DNA from: Callorhinchus milii | Taxonomy: Eukaryota | Reading direction: 5' to 3' | Assembly: GCF_018977255.1 (NCBI RefSeq) | Contig: NW_024704742.1 | Location: 62,622,001-62,686,000, forward strand | Length of the DNA: 64,000 bases | Made by a program: the position numbers and the translations under genes | In this document: in pieces, positions 1 through 12,654 of the stretch | Layout: each line of letters starts with the position of its first letter | How positions within the stretch are numbered: the stretch's first letter is position 1 | Notes under the pieces: model-generated | What the model saw: only the letters and a program-made list of their open reading frames with translations | Told to the model about the DNA's origin: nothing | Databases searched by the model: none

Positions 1-144
1 TACTAAAAGTATTATTATTATAATCAAACTTGCTCTTGTACTGGCACTGTTGCTAGCAGTTAGATCCTAGTTAGAGATCTGAGGTGTAAAAACTAACCAT
101 TGTTGACGTTTATCGTAACTTACATACAAAATTCAACTTATACT

Positions 145-400
145 TTGAACAGAGGTCTCATCTCCCTGTTCAAGTGGTGTCACGCTGCACTCTTCAAAAA
201 CAGAAGAGATTTTCTCCTGGTTCCTGGCCGCAAACAAATAGAATAGGTCATTCATTTTATGGCTGTTTGTGGACCAATGTTATGCTTAAATTGAATGCTG
301 TGTTTGTCTATAATATACAGCGACTACACCTCACAGTAAATCCTGTGAAGAACTTTGAGATTTCCTATTAATAAAAAAAGTCCTAGGATTATTATTATAT
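145..400 (+). mobile_element. DeuSINE-like fragment (Deu core plus L2-type tail)
   Basis: GAGGTCTCATCT..GTTCAAGTGG..TTCTCCTGGTTCCTGGCC, similar to the copies at 24320 and 32050; ends in GGATTATTATT. Confidence 0.6.
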
Positions 401-577
401 TACATAACTTAATGTTGCTGAAAAATAAAGACACTTTAGGAATACAATAGCTCTTAAACAACAACTTGTACTTATATAGTGCACTTCACGCTGGATTCTC
501 AGGTATTGAGACATCTCACAGTGCTTNAAAAACCCTCTATATACGTACAAAATTTCGCTCACAAAATTGACTTTACA

Positions 578-771
578 TTAATAATAATAATAATTCTTGC
601 ATTTGATATAGCGCTTTTCACATCTTCTAGACCTCTCAAAGTGCTTCACAGAATATACTGTAAAGTGAATTGACTGTATATTTGTGGGCGAACGCGACAG
701 CCAATTGCGCACAGCAGTGTCCCACAAACAGTCGTAGATTGAAAATGACCAATTTATTATTATTTTTGTTT
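578..771 (-). mobile_element. tRNA-derived SINE (family A), 3' half
   Basis: Reverse complement of the 3' body and (ATT)n tail of the copies at 35597 and 48519. Confidence 0.85.
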
Positions 772-1321
772 TGATTACATTACACATTATAATCTGTGAA
801 GCACTTTGAGATGTCTCGAAGATGTGATAAGGCACTTTATAAAACCCTAGGATTATTATTATTATAATAATGTACCACTGTTCTGATCTCAAAAAGATGC
901 TGCACAATCATTTGTAATCTCTAGTCTGTAGTGCAAGCAGAAAAGGTAAAAGCACAGTGATAACATGGTATGGTCAGTAATTTTGTGTGGAGGCTAGGAA
1001 ATGTACTTGAACTGGCTGATAAAATATTTTTAATGGTTAATCTTGTCAAATAGTTAAGCAATTGTGACAAATAATGCCCATCAATTTGACTGAACCTCAG
1101 TGAAATTGTGGCACTAGTAAATATGTGCAGGCCAATTAAAAAATGTTCTTTGAACACTTCATCTCAGTCCTCCAGATGGAAACTCGTCCTTCACAATTTT
1201 ACCCTGAACCTTCTTGTCCTTCCATCTTGAAGTTTACAGTACACTACAATTTAAACGTCATTTGGATCCAAAATAGACAATTTCACAAAGCCGATCGAAG
1301 CTCAAACCACCTCGGGACTAG

Positions 1322-1545
1322 AACCATAAAAACATAGTAATATACAGCACAGTAGAAAGCCATTTGGTCCATTGTATCTGTGCTGGCTCTTTTAAAGACA
1401 ATCCTTTCAGTCCCATTTACCTACGTTTTCCCCATACCCCTTTAGCTTATTCCTTTTTAGGTCTATCTTGTTCCCTTTTGAAAGCTAACATGGATTCTGC
1501 TTCAACCATTGCTCCTGGCAGAGTATTCCATATTCTAACCACTTT
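1322..1545 (-). mobile_element. CR1 LINE 3' end fragment
   Basis: CATAG..ATACAGCACAG..GCCATTTGGTCCATTG motif, shared with the CR1 tail at 37525. Confidence 0.6.
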
Positions 1546-2134
1546 TGTGGAATATCAGCAATGAGAAAACAACCACAGTGGCAATGAGCATAGTGAACAG
1601 GCTGTATACCTTTTCCATTCCAGGCATTAAGGTGGCTATCTCATTCTATACTCCAAACACATGATTGCCTCCATAAAACAGTTAGGAATTGATCACCTCT
1701 ACAAATTTACCAGGCACAAAGGATAATAAGAAACACGGGAACGTAAGAAAATAGGAACAGGAGGAGGTCAATCAGCCCACTGAGCCTATTCCATCTGTTT
1801 GTTGGATTTTGGCAGATTTTTTAATCCAAATGCCCTGTCCTTTTGCTATACCCAAGAATACCTCAAGATAAATATCTACTTTCAAACTTGATGTGTTGCC
1901 TCCATTTCTAGTGAAGTGCCCAGATACAAATATAGAAGCAGTACCTGTAAAGCACTTTGAGGCATTTTGTCATTATAGGCATTAAATCAAATACAAGGAT
2001 TATTATATAAATGTTTATGGGAGGGGAGAAAGAGTAAAATATACATCAACCTTTTGTCTTGTGGGGTTCTGTTTTGGATTTCTCTCCATCCTTTTTTTTT
2101 AATTTCTCTTCACAATTCATTTATGTTTAAGATT

Positions 2135-2455
2135 GACTCAGTTGTTAGCCTCTAGGTTAAAAGGTTGTGAGTTCATTCCTTACATTGAGGATGATAGGTG
2201 GAGGTTGAAGATCCCATGGCACTATTCAAAGAAAGAAGGACGTTTCTCCTGATGTCCCAGCCAACAATCCCCCAAATAAAATTAGTCATTCACTTCAATG
2301 TTGTCTTTTGGTAGATTGCTGTGTGCAAATTGGTAGCTGCGTTCGCCGACAAATACACAGTCAAACTTTACAATATGCCCCATGAAGCGCAATGCGATGT
2401 TTCAACCATGTAATAGGGCATTCTATCAAATACATGTATTAGTATTATTATTATT
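2135..2455 (+). mobile_element. DeuSINE-like element
   Basis: Degenerate tRNA-like head, AAGATCCCATGGCACTATTCAAAG Deu core and (ATT)n tail. Confidence 0.7.
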
Positions 2456-2949
2456 GCAACCCCTGGATAGACGACTCTCTCCTAATCCTCTGCCAACTGC
2501 CTTCTAACTCATTCTAATGCAAACTCTCCAGTCTGATGTACAAGCAATAATGTGAGCAAGATGGAAATTGTTTTCAGATGTAGACGGATATTTTGCCCAC
2601 TGTGATTGACAGCCGATTCCTAGTAAACTCCAAGCAATAAAAACACCCTGGTTGGCAACTGATTTAATTCAGACACTTTCACGAACTAACCAAAGTAATA
2701 ATATTGTCTTTGTGATTAATGTTCAAAAGTATTTAGCAGTGACGGCTTAGCTATGATTGTGAGCACTACTAATAAATATTGTGGCTTCAGTTTTAATGTA
2801 CTATGTGCTGAACATATTTATCACAATGATAACTGAGAGAAAAGAAAAAGAAGGATTTGCATTTCATAGCTCCTAATGCTTTCAAAATGCCTCAAAGCAC
2901 TTCACAAGTAATTACTGTAAGTGACTATTTTTGTAGAAAAGCATGTCAT

Positions 2950-3760
2950 CCTGGTTCACGCCTCACCCTTGTCTCTGAGTCAGAGGGTTGTGAGTTCAAG
3001 CCCCGTGTTGGGACTTTAAATTCAAGGTCCAGGCTGACAGTGCTGGGGGAACACTGCATTTATTAGGGGTGATGTTATTTGAATGAGAAATTAAACTGAG
3101 GTCTCATCTATCTGTTCATCTGGACATTAAAGATAGCTTGTTCTGTTATGCAACCATTCCCCCAGAAAAAAATGGTCATCATTTCATGATTGTTTGTGGG
3201 ACATTGCTGTGTGCAAATTAGCTCTCATGGTTGCCTAAAAATAATAATCCTTGTATTTGTTGTAGCACCTTTCATGTTCGGAGGATGTCCCAAAGAGCTT
3301 CACAGTATTTACTGTAAAGTGGAATAACTATGTATTTCTTGGCAAAAGTGGCAGCTCAATTGCATTAATAATGTCCCACAAACAGCCATGAATCAAATTA
3401 CCAATTTTATTTGGGTGATTGTTGGCCAGGACATCAGGAGAAACTCCCTTCTCTTTTTGATTTGTGCCATGTGATCTTTGACGTCATCTGAAGAGGCAGA
3501 CGAGATTTCAGTTTTACATCTCATCCGAAGAACAGCATCTCCGACAATGTAACACTACATCACTGGACTATCAATTTATGTTGTATGAGGTCAAATTCCA
3601 ACGTGGTTCTTGAACCCACAAACTTCTGAATTAGAGTGCTACCCTTAAGCCAGGCCTACAAAATAAACAGTAACTACACCTTCCAGTAAATCCTGTGAAG
3701 CACCTTGAGATGTCTTCCCGACATGAAAGGTGCTATATCAAATACAAAAATTATTATTTT
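2950..3760 (+). mobile_element. DeuSINE-like element interrupted by an inverted DeuSINE
   Basis: Head CTCTGAGTCAGAGGGTTGTGAGTTCAAG and Deu core run to 3240; the tail resumes at about 3655. Confidence 0.7.
3241..3655 (-). mobile_element. DeuSINE-like element nested in opposite orientation
   Basis: Tail-first AATAATCCTTG, reverse-complemented Deu core (ACATCTCATCCGAAGAACAGCA) and head TTGAACCCACAAACTTCTGA. Confidence 0.75.
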
Positions 3761-3957
3761 TTAAACAAGTCAGACATTCACACAAGCAAAGATCCCAGAA
3801 ACAAACAACAGGTAAATGATAATTAATCTGGAGGATTACTGGCCAGCGCATGGGGAGAAACTCCGTTCTCTTGTTTCAAAATCTCTGACAATGCAGTGCT
3901 CTTCCAATACTGCATTGGAGTGCCAGCCTAGACTGTAATGTCAAAGTCTCATAAGAA

Positions 3958-4300
3958 ATAATAATCCTTGCATTTGATCACCTTGTCACATTGTTGAGAC
4001 ATCTCAAAGCTCTTCACAGAATATATTGTAAAGTGAATTAACTGTATATTTGAGGAAGAAACACAGCAGCCAATTGCGCACAGCAGTGTCCCACAAACAC
4101 TTTTGGATTGAGTGACCCAATATATATTTTTTTGTAGGGAGTATTACCGGAAAGCAATCTGCTAATTGACTAACAACCACATTCCTACTTACTGTTAGGT
4201 AAACAGTGGCGTGTGGAGTAAGGAAACTTGCCTGAGGTTTTACCCTGCTCAGAGGGAATTTACTTTTAACCTGAGACCAGAGTGCTGTTAATTGAGTCAA
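3958..4300 (-). mobile_element. tRNA-derived SINE family A (long variant)
   Basis: Tail, body and CCTACTTACTG..GGAGTAAGGAAACTTGCC internal segment. Confidence 0.8.
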
Positions 4301-4475
4301 ACAGAGAGTGAAGATTCCTATTGAGATTAGTGAGTGTCTAAAAATAATCTTTCTCTTGGAGATAGAATGGAATTGATATGGAAGCAACAGGGATAATTGT
4401 TCTGTGTTCTGTGTAGCTTTGATAGACTAAACTGACTTTTTTCAGGCCATGCCTTACTTTCTTCCAAGACAGCCA

Positions 4476-4800
4476 ATAATAATAATCCTTGCATTTGATA
4501 TAGGGCCTTATCACATCTTTGAGCTGTCTCAAAGCGCTTCACAGAATGTACTGTAAAGTAAATTGACTGTTTATTTTGTGACTGAAATGCGGCAGTCAAT
4601 TGCACACAGCAGTGTCCCACAAAAACCCGTGGATTGAGTGACCAATTTTTTTTGTTTGAAGTATTTATTATCTACTTACTGCTAGGTAAACAGAGGCGTG
4701 TGGAGTAAGGAAACTTGCCCAACATTTCACCCTGCCAGGAATCAAACCCAGGTCTCTCACTTGCAAGGTGAGTGCTCTAACCACTGAGCTACAGGACTCC
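4476..4800 (-). mobile_element. tRNA-derived SINE family A, near full-length
   Basis: Ends in CCACTGAGCTACAGGACTCC, the reverse complement of the A-box head. Confidence 0.9.
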
Positions 4801-5289
4801 ACATTAAATGTCACATTAAACATGCAATATGGGGAAAGGGCCATTTTCCCCATATTAGGGAATGAAAGGTTTGCTCTTTTAAAGAGAAAGTACAGATACA
4901 ATGGTCTGAATGGCCTTCATCTGTGCTGTTAATTTCTGTGGCTCTGTGTTTATCAAAATATACACAAAAGCTTCAATCCAGTAATGTTGCAACAACATCC
5001 AAACCCCTTGTGTGTGTTCATTCGTTATATGGTATGCACAGATTTCTTTATCACCACGAACATCTCAAAAACATCATTTTCACAATGATTGCCATATGGC
5101 AGCAAAAGCAAATCTTTGTGCTTGACTGCAAATTCCTGATTATGTATGACATTGCACCATGTTGATTCATACCACGTGCTGAATACTTAAGTGTGAAATT
5201 AATACTTCATTTGGTTCAGTGTCAGGAAGATGTGGCCATCACATTTCAGGGAAGCTAATTTTAAAAATAAAGGTTTGATCCCGGTGATA

Positions 5290-6008
5290 TGTATAGACAA
5301 GCTAGGGCTATTCAGTGTGGAGAGGAGACAACTCAGAGGAGACCTGATAGTGGTGTAACGTTTTGAAATGGGATTGAAAACCTAAACCCAGGAGAATAGT
5401 TTAGAATGCTCCAAGACAGTATAACAAGAGGACATAACAATAACATTAATAATCCTTGCATTTGATATAGCGCCTTATCATTGAGACGTCCCAAAGCACT
5501 TCACAGAATATACTGTAACGTGGATTGACTGTATTTTGTGTGAGAAATGGGGGCCAATCACGTACAACAGTGTCCCACAAATAGTCGTGGATTGAGTGAC
5601 CAATTTTTGTTTGGAAAGCAATCTGCCAATTGACCAACAACTGGATTCCTATTTACTGCTAAGTAAAAAAAAGCGTGGAGTAAGGAAAATTGCTTAAGGT
5701 TTTGCCCTGCCTGGGAATTGAACCTGTGTTCTCTTGCTTGTGAGACAAGCGTGCTAATCACTACACTGCAAGACAGATGTTTAGAGTTGCAAAGGACAGA
5801 TTTAGGACAGATACCAGTAAGTGTTCCTTTACTGGGAGTTATAAACAGTTGGAACAGGTTGGCAGGAAGGGTGGTTGAAGTCATAATATTAGACTCATTC
5901 AAAAAGCGGTTTGGTGTTGTGATGGGAGGACAGTAGTGTGGATATTGTGGAGGGATGACATCAGATTGTACGAAGGGCCTTCTTTCATCCGAAACATCTT
6001 GTGATGCA
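5290..6008 (+). mobile_element. CR1 LINE 3' fragment interrupted by a SINE
   Basis: LGLFSVERRQLRGDLIVV motif of the CR1 ORF2 C-terminus; colinear with 36160-36730 on both sides of the SINE. Confidence 0.8.
5445..5772 (-). mobile_element. tRNA-derived SINE family A (long variant) inserted in CR1
   Basis: Same body, tail and head as the other family A copies. Confidence 0.85.
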
Positions 6009-6524
6009 ATGACATACTGGGTCAGTGTTCTAATGTGATGTCCCAGCAAATGATAAGATGAAGATTTTGAATTGCAATTCTCTACACGATCCAATTTCAC
6101 TGATTGCTTAAAAGTTGAGGGAAGATTTCTACCTGCTTAAATGTATGGATGCAATTTTGCTTTGATTGTTTCTGTTAAAATTCAAACAGTTAAAAAGGAT
6201 CTAGAGGCCCAAATTTCACCTAATCTTAGCCAGTAAAACATATTTATTTAAATTTTAAGATTGTGTAGGATTATGGAGAATTAATTTAAAAGCCAGTTCT
6301 TTTTAAAGGTAGCTTCCAAATTAAGATCAAGTTTTCCACAATTCAAGACAAAATAATTTTACAAGCTAAGACCAGAGATAATTTCAGCTCTTACATGTCG
6401 AGCAATTTAGAAACCTCAAAAGGTTATAGAGATGAGTGGACCCATCCGGATTTTGAATCCAGAATATTCTGGATCCAAGTCCAGTGCTTAAGTGACTGAG
6501 ATGTTCAAGGTGTTATTATAATAA

Positions 6525-6820
6525 TAATAATAATAGTGATAATCCTTGTATTTCATTCAGCACTTTCACATTGGAAAGATGTCACAAAACACTTTACTAA
6601 ATTTACTGCGTGTTTTTTTACATGAATGCAGCCGCCAATTCGTGCCACAGTACCGTCCCACAAGCAGCCATTAATTGAATGACCAATTGTACTGGGGCAT
6701 TGGTAACTGTAACACTGGGAGAAACATCCTTCACTTTTTGAGTAGTGCCATGGGATTTTTAACATCCAACCTGAACAGGTGGACAGGACCTGGGTTTAAC
6801 ATTTCATCCAAAGGACATTG
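6525..6820 (-). mobile_element. DeuSINE-like fragment
   Basis: AGTGCCATGGGATTTTTAACATCC..GTTTAACATTTCATCC is the reverse complement of the Deu core. Confidence 0.7.
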
Positions 6821-8569
6821 TTCAGATTAAACTTTATTTAATATATAAAAGTAATACATTAAACTTGTGCCTCTCTCTTCTTTCTCTAAGTTTATTTTAA
6901 TCCACTTTAAGAAAATCAAAGTTTGAATTTGGCAATAAATTGGTTTTGTTTGAATGTCGTTCAATGCAAATTCTCTAAATAATAATTGATTAATAATAAG
7001 TGATTTTTGATTTGTGAGAAAACATTCTTATATTTTTCACCCTAAGTATAAAACTGATTTCATAGTAGTGAGTGAGAGGGAAAGAAAGAGGGAGGGGGGA
7101 GAAAGAGGAACATAGGAACTTTAGTAGGACATTGAGCCCCTCAAGCCTGTTCTGCCATTCTATTAGATCAGATGAGCTCAGGGACTGCTAACAAAATTGG
7201 GGAACCGACACCGAGTCAGTGACTGGAAACGGGATCTCTGATGGGGTCAGTGGACGTCGCAAGGGAAGGTTTAAGGCTTACGTTTCAGATTTGGTTCAAT
7301 GAAAGGTCGTCAATTCACAGTAAAATAAATGAAAGCTCTCTTACCTCAGTTGGTTTTCTCATCCATGAACACATGTAAATCTCACAGGACAAAATCTACA
7401 TGTGCTGAAGGCAGCTAAATAAAATCAGTCTCCTCAGGAGAGAACTGCAATTCCATGGCAATAATCTGCTGTCTGAAAATCAGGTGCTCTTTAAACTGAG
7501 TGAACAGGTATAAACTGCTAAACTTCTTGTCATTTTTCTTCTCTGCAGTGACCTAGCATGCTGCTTGTAGCAAATAGCTAGGGAGGTTAATAATCATTGC
7601 TTGGAGTAGGCATGTGAGGGGGTGGATTTGTATATAAGCACATGGGAGAAGGTTGACACAATGCTGTGATCCCAATGGCAATTACAGCAGAGTGTGGCTG
7701 CACAGTTTCATCATGTGCTCATCAAAGCTGTACACGATGCCTTTGGCCATTTGCATGATTGCACATACTGATGATTCAGTCTCTTCAATTTTCCGCTGCA
7801 CATCTATCTATGTGCAGATTTGTAGAATATTATTCATAACACATTGGAGGAAGCAAATTTCCAAATTGGGAAAATTATTGGTGAAAATTGTAATCAATGT
7901 TCTGCTAAGAAATACCGGTGCTAACTCATTGCTGAACGATGCAGCCATCTGAATGTCTTAAATAATCTAGTCTGCAGATGACACCCCACCCCCTCAATCC
8001 ATCACATGACTCAAAGCCAACATGTAGACATTAAATGTTCCACCGGCTAAAATTACTACATATTAAAGTAAATCATGTAAAATGCTTTGAGACATTTACC
8101 CGACGTGAAAGGTGCTATATTCAATGTCTTGCCTAGGTCTTGAGATGGACCTTGAACTGGGGAAGGGAGGGAACAAGATGGAGGGACTCCAGGATCGAGA
8201 TTTATCTGAGGATTGGTAGCCAAGAAAACAAAGAGCAAATCATTCTCTTTTCAAGTAATGTTATGGAAAATTTAACGTCCACCTGAGCAGATGGGCAGCA
8301 AAACTCAAGTTGGTACTTATTTATAATGTAATGGCTTAGAATAATGGCCATTGTTATGACAAGAATATCTGCATCCAATACTGAACATTTAATGAGACCA
8401 CAAATTTTCCCCTTGCCAAACTGATTGCTGTGCCTTTGCGTGTTCCTATTTTAAGCTCACTCCAATGAGGTTTGTAGATTCACTGACAATGGGAACAATT
8501 CTTCTCCAAATCTTTGCACTTCAGAGGAATTTAAAGTGATTCTTAAACAAAAAATCAATCAACTTGTAC

Positions 8570-8678
8570 CTGAACGCATTAAGTCTTTGCGAATAGTTTC
8601 ATAGTTGTGCCAATCCTTCCTTTTCAGGCCATCTGCCCAGCTGTAGGAACGCTCTTCATTTGGACCAAATGGAAAACC
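8570..8678 (-). CDS. GALNTL6: Internal coding exon (109 nt, phase 0 to phase 1) of polypeptide N-acetylgalactosaminyltransferase-like 6, stem region
   Basis: Minus strand acceptor TTTTTTTCAG| and donor TTCAG|GTACAA. The open frame [37 protein letters not shown] resembles the recalled human GALNTL6 segment [37 protein letters not shown] with the same length. The YSW.DGL.RKDWH motif favours GALNTL6 over paralog GALNT10. Confidence 0.9.
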
Positions 8679-9477
8679 CTGAAAAAAATAATTGAATTTG
8701 TTCTTCACACTGGTATTCAATGTCATATGGAATTATATAATGGATTATCGATTTTTATCCGGTTTCTAAATGATGAATGTCAGACTCTAAGATCTCCAAA
8801 GGCGATTGAGCATAAATCCTAGAATAGTCATCCGTCCCCACATCGTCACCACTCAAATCTATCCCTCTCATTCCCTTCTGTGCACTACATATCAATCCCT
8901 CCTGGCTCCAGCAACACAGCAACCAATATGGCCTACATACGCATTAATATTCCATATCTGTGTACCAGAGTTTCACTATACTGTGCACTTTGGATCCAAA
9001 ACCACATTTTTTACCAGCTCAAAGTGATTAGGAGTCAAAGATGTGTGTCCGTTTAATAATGCATTGAAATAGATGCAAAAAAATCATCTGGAAATTACTA
9101 CAGTTCAGTAAATAATAAACATAAAGAAATTGAATACAGAGAAATTGGCACAATTTATTTTTCTGTAAATATTCAATATATTTGTTCTGCTGAAATATTA
9201 AAATGTAATTATTTGGGTTGTACCTACAGCCAATCTAGAACTTTTGGAATTTCAGTGTTGGTAAATATAGAATCCGCATCGTTGTTTCAATGATCAATCC
9301 ATTTCTAGTTTCTCCCAACAGCGTTTTACTTTTGCTTGGGAAAGAACTGAACATTAGGGTTGAATTTTTTTCATTCCAATTCTCTCCACCTTTCTCCTAA
9401 AGACACAGATTCCTCCTGGGGTTTGGTTCTGAAGGAACCAGTCCCTCTCCATTGCTTGGCCCCAGTTCCCAAAGTTT

Positions 9478-9847
9478 CTGTTTCTGCTAATTCTGCAAGA
9501 TAAAGCCTTAATTGGGAAATGTAGTCCTTGCTGAGCAAGCAGCAGGAGGCTTGCCAGACAGTGCTGTCAATGACAAGCTATGTGGTTTAGCTGCTTAAAC
9601 CCCAGCAGTACTCTAACACACACTCTGGGGTCCCCAAGTATTGGTTTGTGCCAACCTGCACCTAATACTCTACAGAATTAGGTAAGCAGGATGCATTCCC
9701 CTGGATAGAGAGTGTGTGTTCCTTTCCAGACATAGGAGATTTCCATACAAAGGTAATATGCATATCTGGAACTTTCAGTTTGATTCTGATGCTCTTGAAC
9801 ATAGCAGTGGGATTCTACATATGTCAGGCATCTGGCTGACCAAAAAA
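9478..9847 (+). repeat. Unclassified A-tailed interspersed repeat (family U), 3' part
   Basis: Colinear with 13448-13720 and 22865-23228; ends CTGGCTGACCAAAAAA. Confidence 0.75.
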
Positions 9848-10126
9848 TATACTGTATATACTTTTTGTGTCAGCTGAATCAGTGAGCACTGCTGCATTAT
9901 TCTCTTGTGGAGAGGATCGTAGCTGAGCCTCAATTCTGTCTTCACTTTTTACACATACTTACTTTCCAACAGGGTTACAGGATGGTGATGAGGTGTTAGT
10001 ACCTTGAGTGAAATGTTATACCCTCCCAGATGAGAGCAGATACCTGAACACAAACCTGGGATCTCCAAAGTAAATGGGTGGCTTATTGAAAAAATAAATG
10101 TCTCAACAACAAAACATTATATTTGT

Positions 10127-10330
10127 AATAATAATAATCCCTGCATTTGACATAGGGTCTTATCACATCTTCAAGATGTCTTAAAGTTCTTCACAGAATA
10201 TACTGTAAAGTAAATTGACTATATTTTGTTGGGGAAACACGGCTGCCAATTGCACACAGCAGTGTCCCACAATCCATTGGATTGAATCACCAAATTATTA
10301 TAATTTTCTTTTGAAGAGATTATTACCCTT
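10127..10330 (-). mobile_element. SINE family A, 3' half
   Basis: Tail and body match family A. Confidence 0.8.
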
Positions 10331-11984
10331 CAAATGCTCTGGGACGTCCTCCCAACTTGAAAAATTTGTATAGTGCCTTTCACGTTAGGAGGACATTCCA
10401 ATGCACTTTAAAAATAAAATCATCAGAAAATATGAGAGAAGAATATTACCCAGTAAAATATATTTTTATTAAGTGATTCAAGGCTTTGTACAGTATGAAC
10501 AATATAAAATGGATTACCTCTGTTGTTCACTTTAGAAGAATTTGACCCATTTCCCAGGCAAATTTTAATTCAATAAGATCCCAAACTGCATTGAGCTGCT
10601 GTCATACCACATTTACACTAATTAAAACAAATGGTTTAAAGCATGATGTACAATTAGATAACAGGAATAACTAAAGGCACAAAACAATTTGCAGATTTAA
10701 AATAAATATTTAACATCATGTTTTATTTATACGTGTATCACCATGATTTTATTAAAAGCAATAAACTATTATCTGCTGCTCATAAGCATCCCATTACTTT
10801 AAAAGTAGATGTTCCACTTGGATACAAAGCAAAAAGAGAAAGAGAACCGTACATGAGATTCTTATTATAGTAGTTAAACACAGACATTTGAAACGTCTCA
10901 AAGCGCTTCACAGAATATACTGTAAAGTGAATTGACTGTGTATTTTGTGGGCGAAATGCAGTAGTCAATTGCGCACAGCAGTTTTCATGTGTGTGATCTA
11001 CTCTCAGTTTTCAACTCAGATTCCTTGTTAAGAAATCCCATTCAGAAATGTCACAAATTAACTTCCAGTACTATAACTAAAAGGATTTAGATGAGATCAA
11101 ATGGGTCGTTTTCATCAGACCTCTCTTGTGATCTTGGACCAAGAAGGACTCATGCCAGTAATGAAGAACTATAGTGTTGGTATCAGGGGTGGAACTGTCT
11201 AGCCACAAGGTCTCTGATCCGCCTGATGTACCAACACCTGTGAAAAAGACTGCTTTTTGATCTCAACTAATTCTTTTTAGTAGGAGTAGGAGTAGCTGTA
11301 CACCACCAAAGTAGAATATTCACAACTGGAATCTATATTGTCTCCAATCTTGTCATTTTAGCTTTATGTTGGCTTTCACACAGACAGTTCTAAAGGAAAC
11401 GTTGTCTTTCAAAATCAAAGAGTGCAATTATCTTGTCTATTGTAGGGCTTTAGTGCAGTAGTCATTACAGGAGTATTTTTTTTTAGTTTTACATATAGTT
11501 TTGGTGGTGTCATCCCTGTGCCAACTTTTGCGATGTAATTTAATACCAGTAAGAAAGCGTTATCACTCAAGCAGAAAAGTGCCAAACCAAACTAATAATT
11601 AAAGTGTGTACCAAATTGAGAACAGTAATCATTTTGCATCACTTGTTGACCACCTTGGATAAAAATACTAATGATAACCCTTGTATTTATTGTGTCATTG
11701 AAATGTCTCAAAGTGCTTTACAGGAATTACTGTAAAGTGTATTGAATGTATATACGTAGATGACTGTGACAGCCAATTTGACCACAGTACTATCTCACAA
11801 ATAGCGTGAAGTGAGTTAGGAATTTTACCTGAGGAATTGTTGGCTTCATGTTCCTTGCAAGTTCTTCTGATAACTTTTACAATTCAATTTATATAGTACT
11901 TTTCACTCTGCTGCTCATGTACCAGGCTCTGAACCACTATCACTCTGGTTGTTACCAGGCTCCACTGATCCCTTTTGCAGAACG

Positions 11985-12385
11985 GATCGATTTGAAGATC
12001 CTCATACTCACTTTCAAATCACTTCACACCCTGGCAACTCCCTGTCTTTCTGATCTGTTCAGATCTCAATCACTGATCTGCTCAGACCTCCTTCGCTCAG
12101 CTGGCTTGGGTCTTCTGCACATCCCTCATCCTCTCCATTCCACCATTGGCAACTGTACTTTCAGCCACTATACCCCAAATCTCTGGAACTTCCTACTTCA
12201 ATCCTTCCAACTTATCTCTCTTTGACCATCTTCAAATCACAACTAAAAACTTTCCTCTTTGAGCGTGCCTTTGGTCACCTCCCTCCCTTTACAGCTCAGA
12301 GTCAAACCGTACCGCTGTTATGAGCTCCGAGATGCTACTTGTAAAGTGAAGGTGGCTATATAAATATAAATTATTGTTGTTGCTG
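11985..12385 (+). mobile_element. L2 LINE 3' fragment (old)
   Basis: ERIDLKILILTFKSLH motif and (TTG)n tail. Confidence 0.8.
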
Positions 12386-12654
12386 TTCACATAGGGAAGC
12401 TTTCCCAATGCTCTTAAATATGTGAACGGAGGCACATTTGAAGTGCAGTTTTATACTTCTATGTAATGTCAATTTTACTTTTTAAAAAAGAATCCATTAG
12501 ATCCATTGGCAGATCTACAGAAACAACCATGTTTGAGGGGTAAATGGCTCACTATGTTTTCACACATGTATCACACATATTGTGACCTTGAACCTCTAAT
12601 AAAAGGATGTCATTTCTAATGCATCTCAATGATTCCTGAATAAGGAACTTGTGG

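Noticed and set aside
10500..10570. Minus-strand donor GAG|GTAATC with MGQILLK
   Set aside because: The frame stops at once and there is no convincing acceptor.
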